A stretch of 64,000 nt of DNA, taken from contig CBDBZY010000018.1 in NCBI GenBank assembly GCA_965213685.1, positions 96,001 through 160,000 of the forward strand, given 5' to 3'. Position numbers and translations under genes: made by a program. The DNA is from a bacterium. GTDB taxonomy: Bacteria > UBA8248. Numbering within the stretch: position 1 is the first letter of the stretch; every line of letters begins with the position of its first letter. The notes below the pieces were generated by a model. That model saw nothing but the letters and a program-made list of their open reading frames with translations, searched no databases and was not told the origin of the DNA. Positions 1-12,758 of this stretch are shown here, one piece after another.

Positions 1-981
1 TAGTGGTAAACTGTAAACATGTTTAATTTTTCCGAGTAGGCCATCATTGTTCTTTACCTCTTACCAGTGTATTGTAAATAACTCAAAATGATGTAATAAT
101 TACAACTTGTGTATAAACCTCTGTTCAAAACCGACAAAAAAAGACAGGAGACCAAAATTAAAAATTGTCTATTGTGGAGGGGCATATAGGGATTGCATAA
201 AAAGAAATGGAGACAAGACCTGGATGTAGGGTGTATGCTATATAATTCATATGGACAACGATGACATGACGAGTATACTATGTCCTATTGTGCAATACAA
301 GTCCTATATTGTTGAGCAGAGCTGTATGGGGGCATCATGTAGTTTTGTATACAGCAGACACCCATGAGTACCAATGTTCATTTCAAGTGCAAGCTATTGC
401 ACTCACACCCTGAAACAACTCGCTGAAGTTTGCAATATTCATGACCATATAATGTAACTGTTGATTAAGTGAATACATCTATAGATCTAGAGTGCTAGTA
501 GAGCAATAACTACCTATTTTTTTAGGATCAGTTATTATAGGTTTCCTTTGTAGGTGGCAGCTAATATCATCTGCATCTAGTATCCTATATGTGAACAACC
601 GTCATTTGTTTTAATCCCCCATTCTCCTCTCCATCCTAGTGATCCTACCCTCCTGGTGATCATCTTCCACTATCTTATCCCACCAGCCCCACCCCAATCC
701 TCTTCTTCTTTTCTTCACCACTTCAGCACACTTTGTTCCATGTTCTTTTTGGGGGGAGGGGGGGGGGGTTGTTTGTTTTATAGGACTTTTTTTAATGAAG
801 GCATGGACACATGTACATAGCACATAGGCTAATACAAGGTGCATAAAAAAAAAGAAAAACAAGACAAAACAAAGTACTCTCCCTTACATTCTCCTCCTCC
901 TCCTCCTCCTCCTCCTCCTCCTCCTCCTCCTCCTCCTCCTCCTCCTCTTCCTCCTCCTCCTCCTCCTCCCACTCCCCTCAC

Positions 982-1397
982 TCATCTTTCTCCTCCCCCT
1001 TCTCCTCCTCTTCCCCTCCCTTCCTCCTCCTGCTCCTCCTCATCCTCTTCTCCACATTTATCCCCCACCCCCCCTTTCTTCCTCCAAGCAATGATAATTG
1101 TCACCAGCTGCTGGGCAAGATCATTCATTTCAGCATCCTTCAGCAGGTCAATAAGAGTGGCCCAGGTAGCAGGCTGTCTGCCACTTCCTTCCAGCCACTC
1201 CGTCATCATTTGAGTACAGCAGTCTATAGAGTGATAGTGATAGTCTTTGGCAATGCGGTTGAGGGTGCGTCCTGTCTCATCAAAGTCAAAATATATCCCG
1301 AAGTTCTTCCAATCTTGAGCAATTGCTGTGATAATGTCCACTTTCTTTCCAGAGGGAGACTTCAGGAGTTTAAGTTGCAAAAGTGTTGGCTTCTGAT
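982..1397 (-). CDS. Death-domain exon of Roco-ZU5-DD gene copy 1 (possible internal donor at 1105, otherwise reads to the stop at 982)
   Basis: Acceptor cacacag|AT at 1398 (phase 1). Translation DQKPTLLQLKLL..IAQDWKNFGIYFDFD..CCTQMMTEWLEGSGRQPATWATLIDLLKDAEMNDLAQQL shows the typical Death-fold pattern W..G..L, M...WL, ATW..L...L. Confidence 0.85.
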
Positions 1398-1406
1398 CTG
1401 TGTGTG

Positions 1407-1485
<79 letters not shown>

Positions 1486-1672
1486 ACTATCAAGCAATGA
1501 AAGCTGAAAATAAACGCTACACCCCTTAATTAACTCTCACATCATACACATAGCAAACTGTAAACGCTCCACTGTCTGGTGGGGGGCAGGGCGTGTGTGT
1601 GCTGCTGGTGCCAGCACACAATCTTCTCGTGAGGTGGGAGTTTGTATTATGCACACTATTTCCAACACTTAC

Positions 1673-1735
1673 CAACTGTTGGCACAGTAGCTGAAGGAGG
1701 TGGTGTGGGAGTTGTAGCAGTGGACAGAGTGCCTC
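1673..1735 (-). CDS. Thr/Pro-rich linker exon, copy 1
   Basis: ctgcag|GA...G|gtaagt, 63 nt, phase 1-1, GGTLSTATTPTPPPSATVPTV; keeps the frame between neighbouring exons. Confidence 0.65.
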
Positions 1736-1817
1736 CTGCAGGGAGGTACCCAAAGAGGTACATTTAGATCAGAGTGTTGGAAGATAGATATATGGATAGC
1801 AGTATGTAGAGTCTAAC

Positions 1818-2001
1818 CTCTAGTAGCTCTATGATGGGTACACATGAGACGTAATGATGCTTGGTTGTGAACACCTCTTAATCCCAGTGTCACGTACTTC
1901 TCCACTGACTTCCCTCCTTCTTGTTGCTTGCCAATGATGTCCATTACGATCTGTGGAATTGCTCTTCCAGGTTGATAATCCAAAACAGCTGCCATGTCAA
2001 T
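1818..2001 (-). CDS. UPA-like exon (C-terminal part), copy 1
   Basis: ttctcag|ATT...G|gttag, 184 nt, phase 0-1, IDMAAVLDYQPGRAIPQIVMDII..VTLGLRGV; positionally equivalent to 56534-56750 in copy 2. Confidence 0.7.
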
Positions 2002-2074
2002 CTGAGAAAAGTACAAAGTGGGATCCACCATTTACAAGAGCACATGATGGTGGAAATGATTATCTCAAATGTAC

Positions 2075-2212
2075 CTTTGGTGGCATAATATGCGGAACAA
2101 CCTCCCACATCAAGTCTGAAGGTACTTCGAGCCCTACTTCAGATGAGTGTCGGTCAATCATCAATGGAAACTCACTGCAACCTAGTGCTGAGTCATAATA
2201 ATCCCTGACAGC
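2075..2212 (-). CDS. UPA-like exon (middle part), copy 1
   Basis: catgcag|GCT...AAG|gtac, 138 nt, phase 0-0, AVRDYYDSALGCSEFPLMIDRHSSEVGLEVPSDLMWEVVPHIMPPK; flanked by 64- and 73-nt introns. Confidence 0.7.
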
Positions 2213-2276
2213 CTGCATGGACAGAGATATATATGCTGTAGTACAAGAACTGGCAGTAAATAGTTATTGTACTCAC

Positions 2277-2791
2277 ATTGATATGGGGTTGAAGGTTTTT
2301 GGTCACAACAAAACTCGCCATATTATTCTGAAGGTAATAGACACTACCAGAGAAGGGAATAGCATAACCCATCCACCACCATATAATTGCTAGCATAGAA
2401 AAATGCTTGAGTTGAATTTCTGCATAAGATGATTCACACACAAAATGTCCTCCACCCAGAGGATGAAACTTGTATGGAGGCCCTTGTGCAGTGTCAGCAA
2501 CCACAAATGTCATTGCTGATGCTTCCTTGCTACTGTCCATTGGAATACAGTGCTGGAGCTTGACAGTCACTGGCTCTGGAAATGGCTCATTAGCAGATAT
2601 GTCATAGACTGCGCTCACCAGCTCACTGCCCTCAGGGAATATGAAGTTTTCATCATTGGTAGAGAGTACACTAATGGTTCCCTCTGTGTGGACTTCAGAG
2701 GTGGAGAGGAAATGCATCTCAATTCCATAATCATTCCACAGGAGGTGATCCTCCTTTCCAGTGTACGTAAATGACAATTGCTTGTACACAT
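2277..2791 (-). CDS. ZU5 domain exon with HFS motif and start of UPA, copy 1
   Basis: tttacag|AT...AAT|gtgagt. Contains YGIEMHF, FIFPEGSELVSAVYDIS, PVTVKLQHC, YKFHPLGGGHF, EIQLKHFS, matching the ZU5 pattern (LVSxV, V.L.L.HC, terminal HFS). Confidence 0.85.
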
Positions 2792-3104
2792 CTGTAAAAA
2801 TATTATGGAAAACACAATCATGTATAGTGCTAGACAGTGAGAAAACAACTGCTATATACCTATACATGTAACAATTATTTAAGCTATGAGTTAACAATAT
2901 TGTAAAATGCACAACAACCTCCATGTACATGCACATAACCTCTAGAAAGCAAGAAAAACAGACAAGGCCCTGTAAGTGTGCAATGCAACACACATAACTG
3001 CATACTACTATTATGAGTATGTGGAAACAATGCAGTACTGAAGGGCAGACAAAAGCAATACACTCGATATCATCATACAGGATGTATCACTATAGTAATC
3101 TTAC

Positions 3105-3179
3105 CACACTCCGTCTTATGTATGAACATTTCCTTTGACTGTCCCACATCTGCTAACACAGACAGCTCACAAGAGTCCC
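3105..3179 (-). CDS. Small linker exon, copy 1
   Basis: catatag|GG...G|gtaaga, 75 nt, phase 1-1, open frame [25 protein letters not shown]; (CT)n tract upstream of the acceptor. Confidence 0.6.
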
Positions 3180-3201
3180 CTATATGAGCCCAGAGGGAGG
3201 A

Positions 3202-3298
<97 letters not shown>

Positions 3299-3389
3299 GA
3301 GAGGGAAGGACGGAGGGAGGGAGGGAGGGAGGGAGAGAGACACAAGAGTTCAGTGAATGCAGAAGATATGTTACCCATAAAACACTAAC

Positions 3390-5471
3390 CTGTCTCCCTG
3401 TTTGACTGGACCGGCAGCCATAGCTTCTGCTTATGGGTGAGTGTGCCTGTCACACTTGCATCTTCTGAGCACACCCATGACTTGTGGTCAGGGGACACTA
3501 CTGCCAGGTGAGGGGATGGCTTGTCACACCGACAGTTGAAGCTCATTCTGTGTGTTACACTTAAAGAAAGCTCCCTACACACGTCACTTATTCCCTGGCT
3601 TATGTCATCCCAGATCAGAGGTAGGAGCTCAGGAGAGCAGCCACCATCCGCATACAGAGAGTAGTGAGTGTCGTCATCAATCAAAGTTATCCCACCATCA
3701 TACTTGGCCAATGTGAAGTGGAGATCATTCTTGTAAAGGCGAGCTGGCTCTTCTGAATGGTGAAGGGGAATCTGCCACTGGAATATGCCACAAGAGGACC
3801 TCATGTACACTATAAGACAGCAAAGAACACCACTAGGAACATGTCTACTCGAGAATTTGATCCTTAGAGTAGCGGCAGCACCACCACTGGGCCTTACGAT
3901 CTCACTGGAATCACGGCTGTCCAACAAGGAGGGCATGAAATACTTGGTGTCGTTTTCCTCCTGGACAGGGGCAATTATTAACAAGTGCTCAAGCACTTTA
4001 ATAAGTGTATCCACTGCCACTCTTTCACCTTCACTGGTCATCTCCGATTGCATGGATTGGAGGAAGCTGGATGTGATCAGGGCCTGGTTTCGGAGTCTTA
4101 TCATCTCTTCTGATTGAACATCACCTTCTGGAGCATCCATAGCTTCAATGCTTCTTTCAAACACAGAGGTCATCCAGTCAAGTAGGGCCATGGGGTCAAC
4201 AAAGATCACCTCCTTCTCTACTGCGGGAAAGTAGAACATCAGGTTGACAGCATGAAAGAACTGCAGTGCTACTTCCATGGCTTCTTCAGATTCAAACATC
4301 AGCTGCTGAGAAATGACCCAGCACTTTGCTCTGCTCACAATTCTGCCTGCCCTCCGCAGTTCCACCTCCAGCAGGTAATAGCCCAGGGGGTATTTGAGTC
4401 GTATGCTCTGCCCACAGTTTTCAATCACCTGCAGGAGCTCTTCTGCCATTGGGTCTCGTGGGACTCCTGGACCAGACCCAGCATTGTTAACAGCGTGGAT
4501 GATCTCATTGTGGGAATACTTAATGAGATACTTCGTAAATCTTTCCAGCATTGTTGCCAGCTTACGATTCTTGTCTTCCAATGATTCACCTGATGCATGA
4601 ATTTTGTCCTTGAATGTGCCGATCACCATACTTTTTGGGTGCTTTGGCTGCTTCTCAACGAAGGACATTGGTAGCTGCGAATGCTGACACTGTGTCATTT
4701 GCATGCACCGCATTACTAGCTCTGCATTTGTCAGAGTGAAGTGGCCAAGGCTGTAGTTGGTTCCATTTGGTGCATAGTAGTCGACTGCTGGACAATCGTT
4801 CAGCTTATCAGAGAGCTTGAACAATGGTAGCCGAAGAAATGCATTCTTCATCAGAATAGGGATCATCTCCATGAATTGTGGTTGGCCACCACAGTCCACA
4901 AACAGGAGGAAGTGGGTCTTCAGTACCTCTCTGGACCCTTTCAACTTGGTCATCTTTTGGGCGATCTCAGCTGTGTGTGGGAGAATATCTGCCCTGGAAG
5001 CTGCAGAGGGTGTGGCCCGAATTTGAGATGTAGCAGATACTGCAGTAACTTGCTTGTTGCTGACAGCCTCCTCTTCTTCCTTTGGCAGCTGCTGAGGCTT
5101 GGCTTGTGCTTCATTGCTGCTGGGCTCAGGCTGGCCTATTTGCTGGCTGCTGACTTGTACTACTGAAGTGCTTGGCTCTTCTTCTGTGATGGAGACACCG
5201 GCTGAAAGATTCTCGGCTATCATGTCCACCATATCTGAAGGACTTATTTGCCGACACTTAAGGTGCTGTCCATCCACCTTTTCCATGATGAACCTCTTGG
5301 CCTGTTCCATGCAGGCTGTGCTGGTACGAGCAGGCGGTAGGGTCTCGTTGCATAGGAAATGCCCCAGAGACGTCTTCCCCACACCAGGAGCACCGCTAAC
5401 AGCGCATATGGTGTAGTCTGCCAAAACGTGACCCTTCTGTAGTTGTCGCAGCAACTCCTGAGTGAATATGT
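3390..5471 (-). CDS. Roc GTPase + COR domain exon (Roco family), copy 1
   Basis: 2082-nt phase 1-1 exon (gaacag|AC ... ACA G|gttagt). G1 GAPGVGKTS, G2 TST, G3 DCGGQ, G4 GTFKD; COR hallmarks ALQFFHAVNLMFYF, IFVDP, YFMPSLL, PSGVLCCLI. The ORF-track start is TTG, not ATG. Confidence 0.9.
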
Positions 5472-6073
5472 CTGTTCATGTAAAAGGAAGTAGCAATACT
5501 AACGGTAAGGGCAGGCAAAATCCAGTATAATTGCTAAGTGTAGTAAGCAGATGCGGCACTGCCTGCACTTTATATTCACACTATAATTTTTGGAGGGTTA
5601 TTCCGATGTCATAGTATTGCGTTTACAGCGCAGTAGTGTGATTGTCCGCCGTCACTCGCGGCGTGGCGCTTCGAACGGCATTATCGTTAAAAAAGCGTTC
5701 GTACTCGCACTCTCCGCGGTCTTTTGCAGGTTGGGCGTGGCCTGCTTTGGCCTCTGCCTTCGCAGCTGCGCCTTTGGAAATAGCAGAACGCTAATTGGAC
5801 AAGCGGGAGCGAGTCCACCTAGTCGTTCTGCTGGAGCCCCTCTGGCGATACGGCATTTTGGTCCCCGCGGCCCCCCGCGCTACGGGCAAACGTAAAGTAG
5901 TGCAGCTGGCTCGCTCCCGCTCGCCCACAATGCTGGACATTCTACTAGTATATGATGAAATTGAGAGCTTTACGTCTCTTGGCGTGTTGAAGGAAGTAGC
6001 GCAGGCGTCAACGCAGCATATGGCGCATGCGGACCGAGGTTGCACGTGACACACTTGATCCTCATTTCGCTCG

Positions 6074-7298
6074 TATGGCACGCCGTTAGTAACAAAAATC
6101 ATCTAGTCTCAGGTCTACCTGAGAACTTTTCAGGTCGACCTCAGATTGACAGCAAGCGGTGGCACGCCTCATAGCCTTGTTGAAGTGAGCGGCAATAAAT
6201 AGAATTTCAAGCCTAACCCACACATGGCTGAAAGTACAGACTCTGTTACTTGGGGCTGGAGCGAATACTTCGCACAACTTTCAGAGACTTGGAGCGTCAG
6301 TTTGGTATTGCAAGACTACCCTATGCGGAGTACGCATCTGAACGACTAGCTAGAGCTCTGTGAGGTCACCGTCTCAGCAGGTGAACACGGCAGCCCGCCC
6401 GGACATCGCGAGTGAAGAGAACAGTGATCAGGTGTTACATCGTTTTAGAGACAGAATTGTTGAACTTAGAAGACTAATAGTTTCGCTGCGAGTACACAAT
6501 GTATGGCATTGATGACGGCAGCCCACTCCCTATTCCTGAATATGTCAATGTTCCAAGTATTAACCTTGATCTATCAGCGGAGGTAGTTGCTCGATTGAGA
6601 CAACAGGTGTATCCTCTCTCCCAAAGCCAAAACCATGGTATTGAGCTTTATGAACAAGCTTATATCTGGTCAGTAGTCTTGTTGGACTTCATGTATATGA
6701 ACTAATTTGGCCATTGAAGACGGTTTGCAAAAAATGAAATTGAGTCTGCATGAGTGGGACTTATAAGTTGTGACTTATGGGTGATTTTGTTGCCCTCCAA
6801 AGTTTAGTCTAGATTTGTTGACAGTTCATTATTTCCAGCCAGTTTTCTTTAGTTTATTATACTAGCTACAGGGCTCAAGACAGGACTACTAGTAATTGGA
6901 GATGAAGGAAAAAGTAAATATTACCTCGTCTCAGAAGTTGGGTGACTGTACCAGTGTTCTAGTGCATGGGTGGTTTACTAAATTCTCTCCCCATGATGCA
7001 TGGTGTATACAAAGGTGTTCAATAATAGTGCTAGTGTTGTCTGAGACATATACATCCCAAAAACATTCCTGAACGCCTCAACAATCTCAAGCCTCAGCTC
7101 ATTAAACGTCGCTCCTCTGCTCAACGAAATGGGCCTTTTTCTCTCGCCCAGACACACCAGCAGGCTAACCGCGTCACCAGCACTCTCCACCATGTTTGGA
7201 GTACATGTGGCAATGGATGCAGTCCCGATGACGGTTCGCGTGTGTCAATCTGAGGTCGACCTGAGACCTGATGATTTTTGTTACTAACGCGTGCCATA
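6074..7298 (+). mobile_element. IS3EU-type DNA transposon, internally deleted
   Basis: Termini TATGGCACGC..GTAACAAAAATCATC / GATGATTTTTGTTACTAACGCGTGCCATA and a perfect 6-bp TSD CGCTCG (6068-6073, 7299-7304). Absent from copy 2 (~60480). Fragment YGID..VNVP..YPLSQSQNHGIELY (6499-6705) resembles the C-terminus of IS3EU-type integrases. Confidence 0.75.
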
Positions 7299-7999
7299 CG
7301 CTCGAGCTTCGCAGCCGCACGCGCAATAATAACGTTGTGACCTTTGACCCTGCAAACTTTAGGCGGGGTCACGCAATAATTATTATGACGAGCTATGCAG
7401 GCACTATTTCCGGTTATTGACTTGTTACTCACACCCGTGAGGGTCAAGGTTCACAATTAAGACCACCTTGAAGCTGGCAACACCAGAAGAGCTGTCTTCA
7501 TGAAGATCAGGTGAGGGTGCCAAGCAACGTGAAGAAGGACGATCGCGAGCCTCATAAGCGCCCAGAATGATTACTGACGCTGAACTCAGAACGATTGAGG
7601 GTACGGATGATGATAGTTATGGGACTACCTTTAGAAAACATCACGGAGCAAGATTGCGTATATAGGAACTTATTAATAGCACCGCTAGACTCCAAGTTGT
7701 GACCAAGCCTTCATTTAGCTCTGTGTGTATGTGGCAGTTGAAGAGTTACTGTAAGCCATCAGTGTGTGTGTACTATTATTGTATATTGTTCTGATACGTG
7801 TATATGTATATAATGGGTACTGGCCACTCAGGAGGGGCAACTAGTGCTGCGAGTGATTGAGGGTGTACCAGAGAAATCTTGTTTTGTTTGAGAGGATGTT
7901 GCATGAAGGTCTCGGTAGTGGGAACTTTGGTTTCAGCATACAGCTTAGAAGTTTGTGTATGTACATGTACATGTACATGTACATGTAACTGCTTCACTG

Positions 8000-8079
<80 letters not shown>

Positions 8080-8813
8080 ACAAGATAAGCCGAGTGGATG
8101 AACTGCCTCAACTCACAAGCCTCACAGAATTGGGTTTCGACTGAAACAAATTACAGATGACCACACCCACTGTGTGTAGTCGAGATGGATCGAGGGCCAC
8201 CTGCAGTGATAGAGCTTCCTTCCTTTCATTGCTGAGTTTGTTTCTCCCCCCCTTGCTCTCTTCTCCCTCTCCTCCCCCTCTACTCCCTTGGGTGTTCCAG
8301 AAGCACTCATTCTCTGACCTCTGCCAGCTCAGAGGTGAGTGAGTGGTAGAGCATCCCCCCACTTTCCTCTTCACCTGTCTCCCTCCCTCCCTCCATCCCT
8401 CCCTCTCCCCCTCTCTCCCTCTCTCCCTCCCTCCTTTTCTCTCTTCCTCAGACTTCGAAGTCTCTCTCCCCTACCCCTACTCCACCACTTGGAGTGGCTT
8501 TACCTGGGAAACAGGTCCAGGTAGTCACACACCTTCCTTCCCACCCTCTCCCTCCCTCTCTCCCTCTCCCTTCCCTTTTTCTTTCTACCCTTTCCTCTCT
8601 CTCTCTCCCTCCCTCCTTTCCTCCCTCTCTCCTCTCTCCCTCCCTCCCTCCCTCCCTCCCTCTGTCTCTTCTCTCTCCCTCCCTCCCTCCCTCCCTCCCT
8701 CCCTCCCTCTCTCCTCCCTCCCCACCTTCACCCACACAAATTCTCCACATACATGTATAACAATTCCTAAACCACAAGCCACCGCTGTTTTCCTAATAAG
8801 GCACACCATGCAG

Positions 8814-9268
8814 TAGGGGTGAGAATATTATGCTCCAAAATGAGGGAAATATGCTTCTATTTCATGCTCACAATTTGTTGTAATTATGCTCCACAAATCA
8901 TCTCATTATTCTCAAGAACTGTGCAATTATGCTCACAAGACAGATCGACCGGCTGCCTTCAGTCGAGATAGTAGGCTCTCTGGCTCAGCGCTGCCAGTGC
9001 TGGTCCTGCTGGAACATTCTGATGCATCTTCTCCCAAATCTTCTGCCTCACTAGAGATTGTGGTGACTGGTGAGACTGCCATCAGATGCTGACTGACTGC
9101 CACTACACCCGGGCTCATTGTGTTCAGTAGCCATTTTAGTGGCATGTGATAACTGCGCATGCACATAATGCACAGAGACAAAGCAAGTGAATTATGCTAG
9201 TATTATGCTCGATGTCTCTTAAAGTGAATTATGCTAGAAATTATACCGGCATAATATTCGCACCCATA
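8814..9268. mobile_element. hAT-type non-autonomous element
   Basis: TIR TAGGGGTGAGAATATTA / TAATATTCGCACCCATA, 8-bp TSD CCATGCAG (8806-8813, 9269-9276); empty site seen at ~62311. Confidence 0.8.
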
Positions 9269-9315
9269 CCATGCAGCTACCAGTTGCGTGTGGGCATGTG
9301 CTGAGGTGCTTCAGT

Positions 9316-9417
<102 letters not shown>

Positions 9418-11130
9418 ACGCGCGCATGTGTGTGTGTGCATGTGTGTGCATGGAGGGGAAACAGAGGTGGGATAGGGAGGGGAATGCATGTACATGTACA
9501 TGGGCCTCTTCCTTCTGGACCAATGCTCTCCTTTCGTGGACCAATCTCTCCTCATAGTGCGTGCATGTGCACCATGTCTGGAAACAAGTGCAAAGTCTGA
9601 GAATGAGGCTGCAGAGGGTGATCAGAGTGGGCATTTCGTGATGGCAGGTCTTCCAGTGTTCTCCACAGAGTCACTCTCTCAATATGTGTGTACACATATG
9701 CTTTATTAGCTATTCAGTCGAGTCAAGCGCTTCTACACTCCCGTTCTGTTTACCTGTCTGCCTGTCTGTCTGGCTCTGTCTCCCCATCCATCTGTTTGTC
9801 TGTCCTGCTGTCCCTATTGGAACTCTGTCTGCCTTCAGAACTCCTCCATACTTCTTTCTGCCTGTCTGTCTGTCTGTCTGTCTCTGTCTTGCTGTCTGTC
9901 TGTCTGTCTCTGTCTTGCTGTCTGTCTGTTGTCTGTCCTACTGTCCCTATTAGAACTCTGTCTGCCTCCAGAACTCCTCCATATTTCTTTTCCTTCTCAC
10001 CACAGAACAAGTATAGATTTGCCACTTCATTTTGATGGTGGGTCAGTGTAATCTTCCGACTACAAGTGTGGCTACAAGTACACTGCAGGCAAGTATAGCA
10101 GCCTTTCATGCAGCCACAGAGAGCAAGCGGTGACTATCCTCTCAGAGTGAGTGGTTCTGGTGAGATACATGTTCACTGCACACCTCAATCACTGATACTT
10201 GTCCACTGCAGTGGCTGTTCTCAGCTGCGTTGACGGGTGGGAAGACACAGTGAAGAAGGAATTACTGAAGCTGAGACAAGAAACATTGTTGACGTCATGA
10301 CTGCTTTTAAATTCATTGTGTTATGTACATGTAATTTCTCCTGCTTCCTCTGCCACTTCTTGCGCGCGCAACATACCTACGTACGCGGTTCAAAGTGGCG
10401 TTTAACTCCATGAGTACTGATATACCACAGATAATGCACTCGTGTGAATAGCACATATCCTGTGGTACGTGCGTGTGTTGATGCGTAGCTCCACCGACAA
10501 AGCGGTTATGGAACGATGGCTGTTTCCAAAGTGATCCAAATCAACGTGTGAAGACGTTAACTTCCAAGATGTTACATTGATGTACGCGTACCGCGTACTG
10601 CCGCGAGTGAGCTGCATAAGACGATCTTCCAGCTTGCTGCCCTCACAGCTGCGCCTTTGGAAATAGCACAACGCTTATTGGGGAGAGCCGATGACGGGGT
10701 ATGTAACGGTTAATTAAATATTCATAAACTTTATGTAGCGCTACTGACCAGAAAAATTAAGTTACAGAGCTTTGTAAGGCATCATTCGAAAGGTCATGGA
10801 ATGCACTTTTATACACACACCTTTACAAGACCTGTTCACAACACAGGAATGTAGAATTGAAGCATGAAAAGCGAGTAGTGAGAAGTGTTTTCCACGTCAA
10901 TTCTAGCCACAGTCACACTGTGGTAGCTGCGCAAACCGACACATACCGTTTGCTGTTGATCTCCACCAGGGCTAGAATCACCTCGTTCGCTTTATATGCA
11001 AGCGGTGGCTACGTGAGGGTCTCTTTTCCCCCGCGCGCGCTGATATTCTTCGCGATCTTTGCTGTTCAGCAGCGTGTAGCTGCTAAACCGTAGTTATATT
11101 GACGAAATTTTTACATTCCTGCCCTAGCCC

Positions 11131-11197
11131 TAGTCTCGCGAGCCACCGTGTACGCTGCGCGCGTGCGTACACGGAAATACGTCTTGCTGCGAGACTA
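11131..11197. mobile_element. 67-bp palindromic mini-MITE
   Basis: TAGTCTCGC...GCGAGACTA termini with a 9-bp TSD CCCTAGCCC; related element at 49342-49394. Confidence 0.7.
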
Positions 11198-11491
11198 CCC
11201 TAGCCCTGTGTCCTTATAATAGGAATACGAGCAATATACGGTCCAAATTTGCCTGAAGCGAACAAAAATTGACGTGGAAAAGTTGCGTTGCCCGTAAATC
11301 GCCACCTTATAGCTTAACGAGCCCCACCCGGTCTGCGCTGTATATATCGTACTTTTGTCACCTTCTGACTGCACATGCGTACGATTTCAATTCAAAAGCG
11401 GCACGTGGTAAATGACATTGAAGTTCATCACATTGAAGTTCAAAGGTCGACATGTGTACGAACAGCCTGACTCCTGGCGGCAGCTTCGCAT

Positions 11492-11820
11492 CATGAACCC
11501 GGAGCAGAGAAGAGAAGCAAGGCTGAGCCGTAGAAGAGAAAGCGAGAGAGAACGTCGCGCCTCCGAAACTGCTGAGGAAAGGGAAACGCGGTTATTTAAG
11601 CGAAGAGCGAGAGATAGAGCTCGACGTGCCTCGCAGATAGCTATTCAGCGGAAGAGGGACTTACAGCAGGGAAGAGAGCAGGTGCTACGTGAGACTGTAG
11701 AGGAAAGAGAGATCCGCCTTCAGCGAATGCGCCTTAATGAGATTGGCTTCTGAGACACAAGAGGAGAGGGAGACCCACCTTCAACGAATGCTGGCATCTG
11801 AGACTCCTGAGGACAGACGC
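11492..11820 (+). pseudogene. Helitron-like N-terminal STPR-type repeat fragment
   Basis: Repeats ASETAEERETRL / ETVEEREIRLQRM / SETQEERETHLQRM (last one frameshifted), resembling the N-terminal repeats of Helitron RepHel proteins; no Rep or helicase motifs seen. Confidence 0.45.
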
Positions 11821-12265
11821 TGAACTCAGAACGACCGAGTACGGACAATGATAGTTATGGGACTACATGTACCGCTGCATAGGAAACCCTCACAGAGCAA
11901 GATTGCATGGGAACTCACTGCTAGACTCCAACTTGTGACCAAGCCTTCGTTTGGCTCTATGTGTATGTGGCAGTTGAAGAGTTACTGTAAGCCATCAGTG
12001 TCACTGTGTGTGTTTGAATGTTGTAGATACTGTAGGCCATCACTGTGTTTCATACACGTACATGTATACATGTATACATGTACGTTGAGTGCAGGCCACT
12101 CAGGAGGGGCAGCTAGTGCTGTGAGTGATTGAGGGTGTACCAGAGAAACCTTGTTCTGTTTGAGAGTGATGTTGCATGAAGGTCTGGGTAGTGGGAGCTT
12201 TGATTTCAGCATACAGCTTGCAGGTTTGTACATGTTAACTGCTTCACTGTACAATTTTCAAGCTA

Positions 12266-12406
<141 letters not shown>

Positions 12407-12758
12407 ACCAAGCTAACCTATCCCCCTCCCTCCTTCGATCCCTCCCTCTCCCTCTCTCCCTCTCTCCTCTCTTCCTCCCTCCTTCCCTCTCTCCCTCCCT
12501 CCCTCCCTCCCTCCCCGCCTTCACCCATGCAAGCTCTTCAACACATGCACACATATGACAATTCCTAAACCACAAGCCACTGCTGTCTTCCTAATAAGGC
12601 ACACCATAGAGCCACCAGTTGTGTGTGTGCATGTGCTGAGGAGCTTCAGTGTATGTGTGTGCATGTGTGCGCATGGAGGGGAAACAGAGGAGGGGTAGGG
12701 GGTCTCTGTCCTTGCATTCATTTCTAGACAGGGTGCATGCACATATGCCATCCGCAAC

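Noticed and set aside
1550-1622. Additional Pro/Ala-rich exon in copy 1
   Set aside because: Would need a ~50-nt intron and no convincing phase-1 donor was found.
3785-5416. Plus-strand ORFs overlapping the Roc-COR exons (also 58392-59996)
   Set aside because: Antisense shadows of the real coding strand with no recognisable motifs.
3390-5471. NACHT/NB-ARC (STAND ATPase) assignment for the P-loop ORFs
   Set aside because: DCGGQ and GTFKD motifs plus COR signatures indicate a Roc GTPase.
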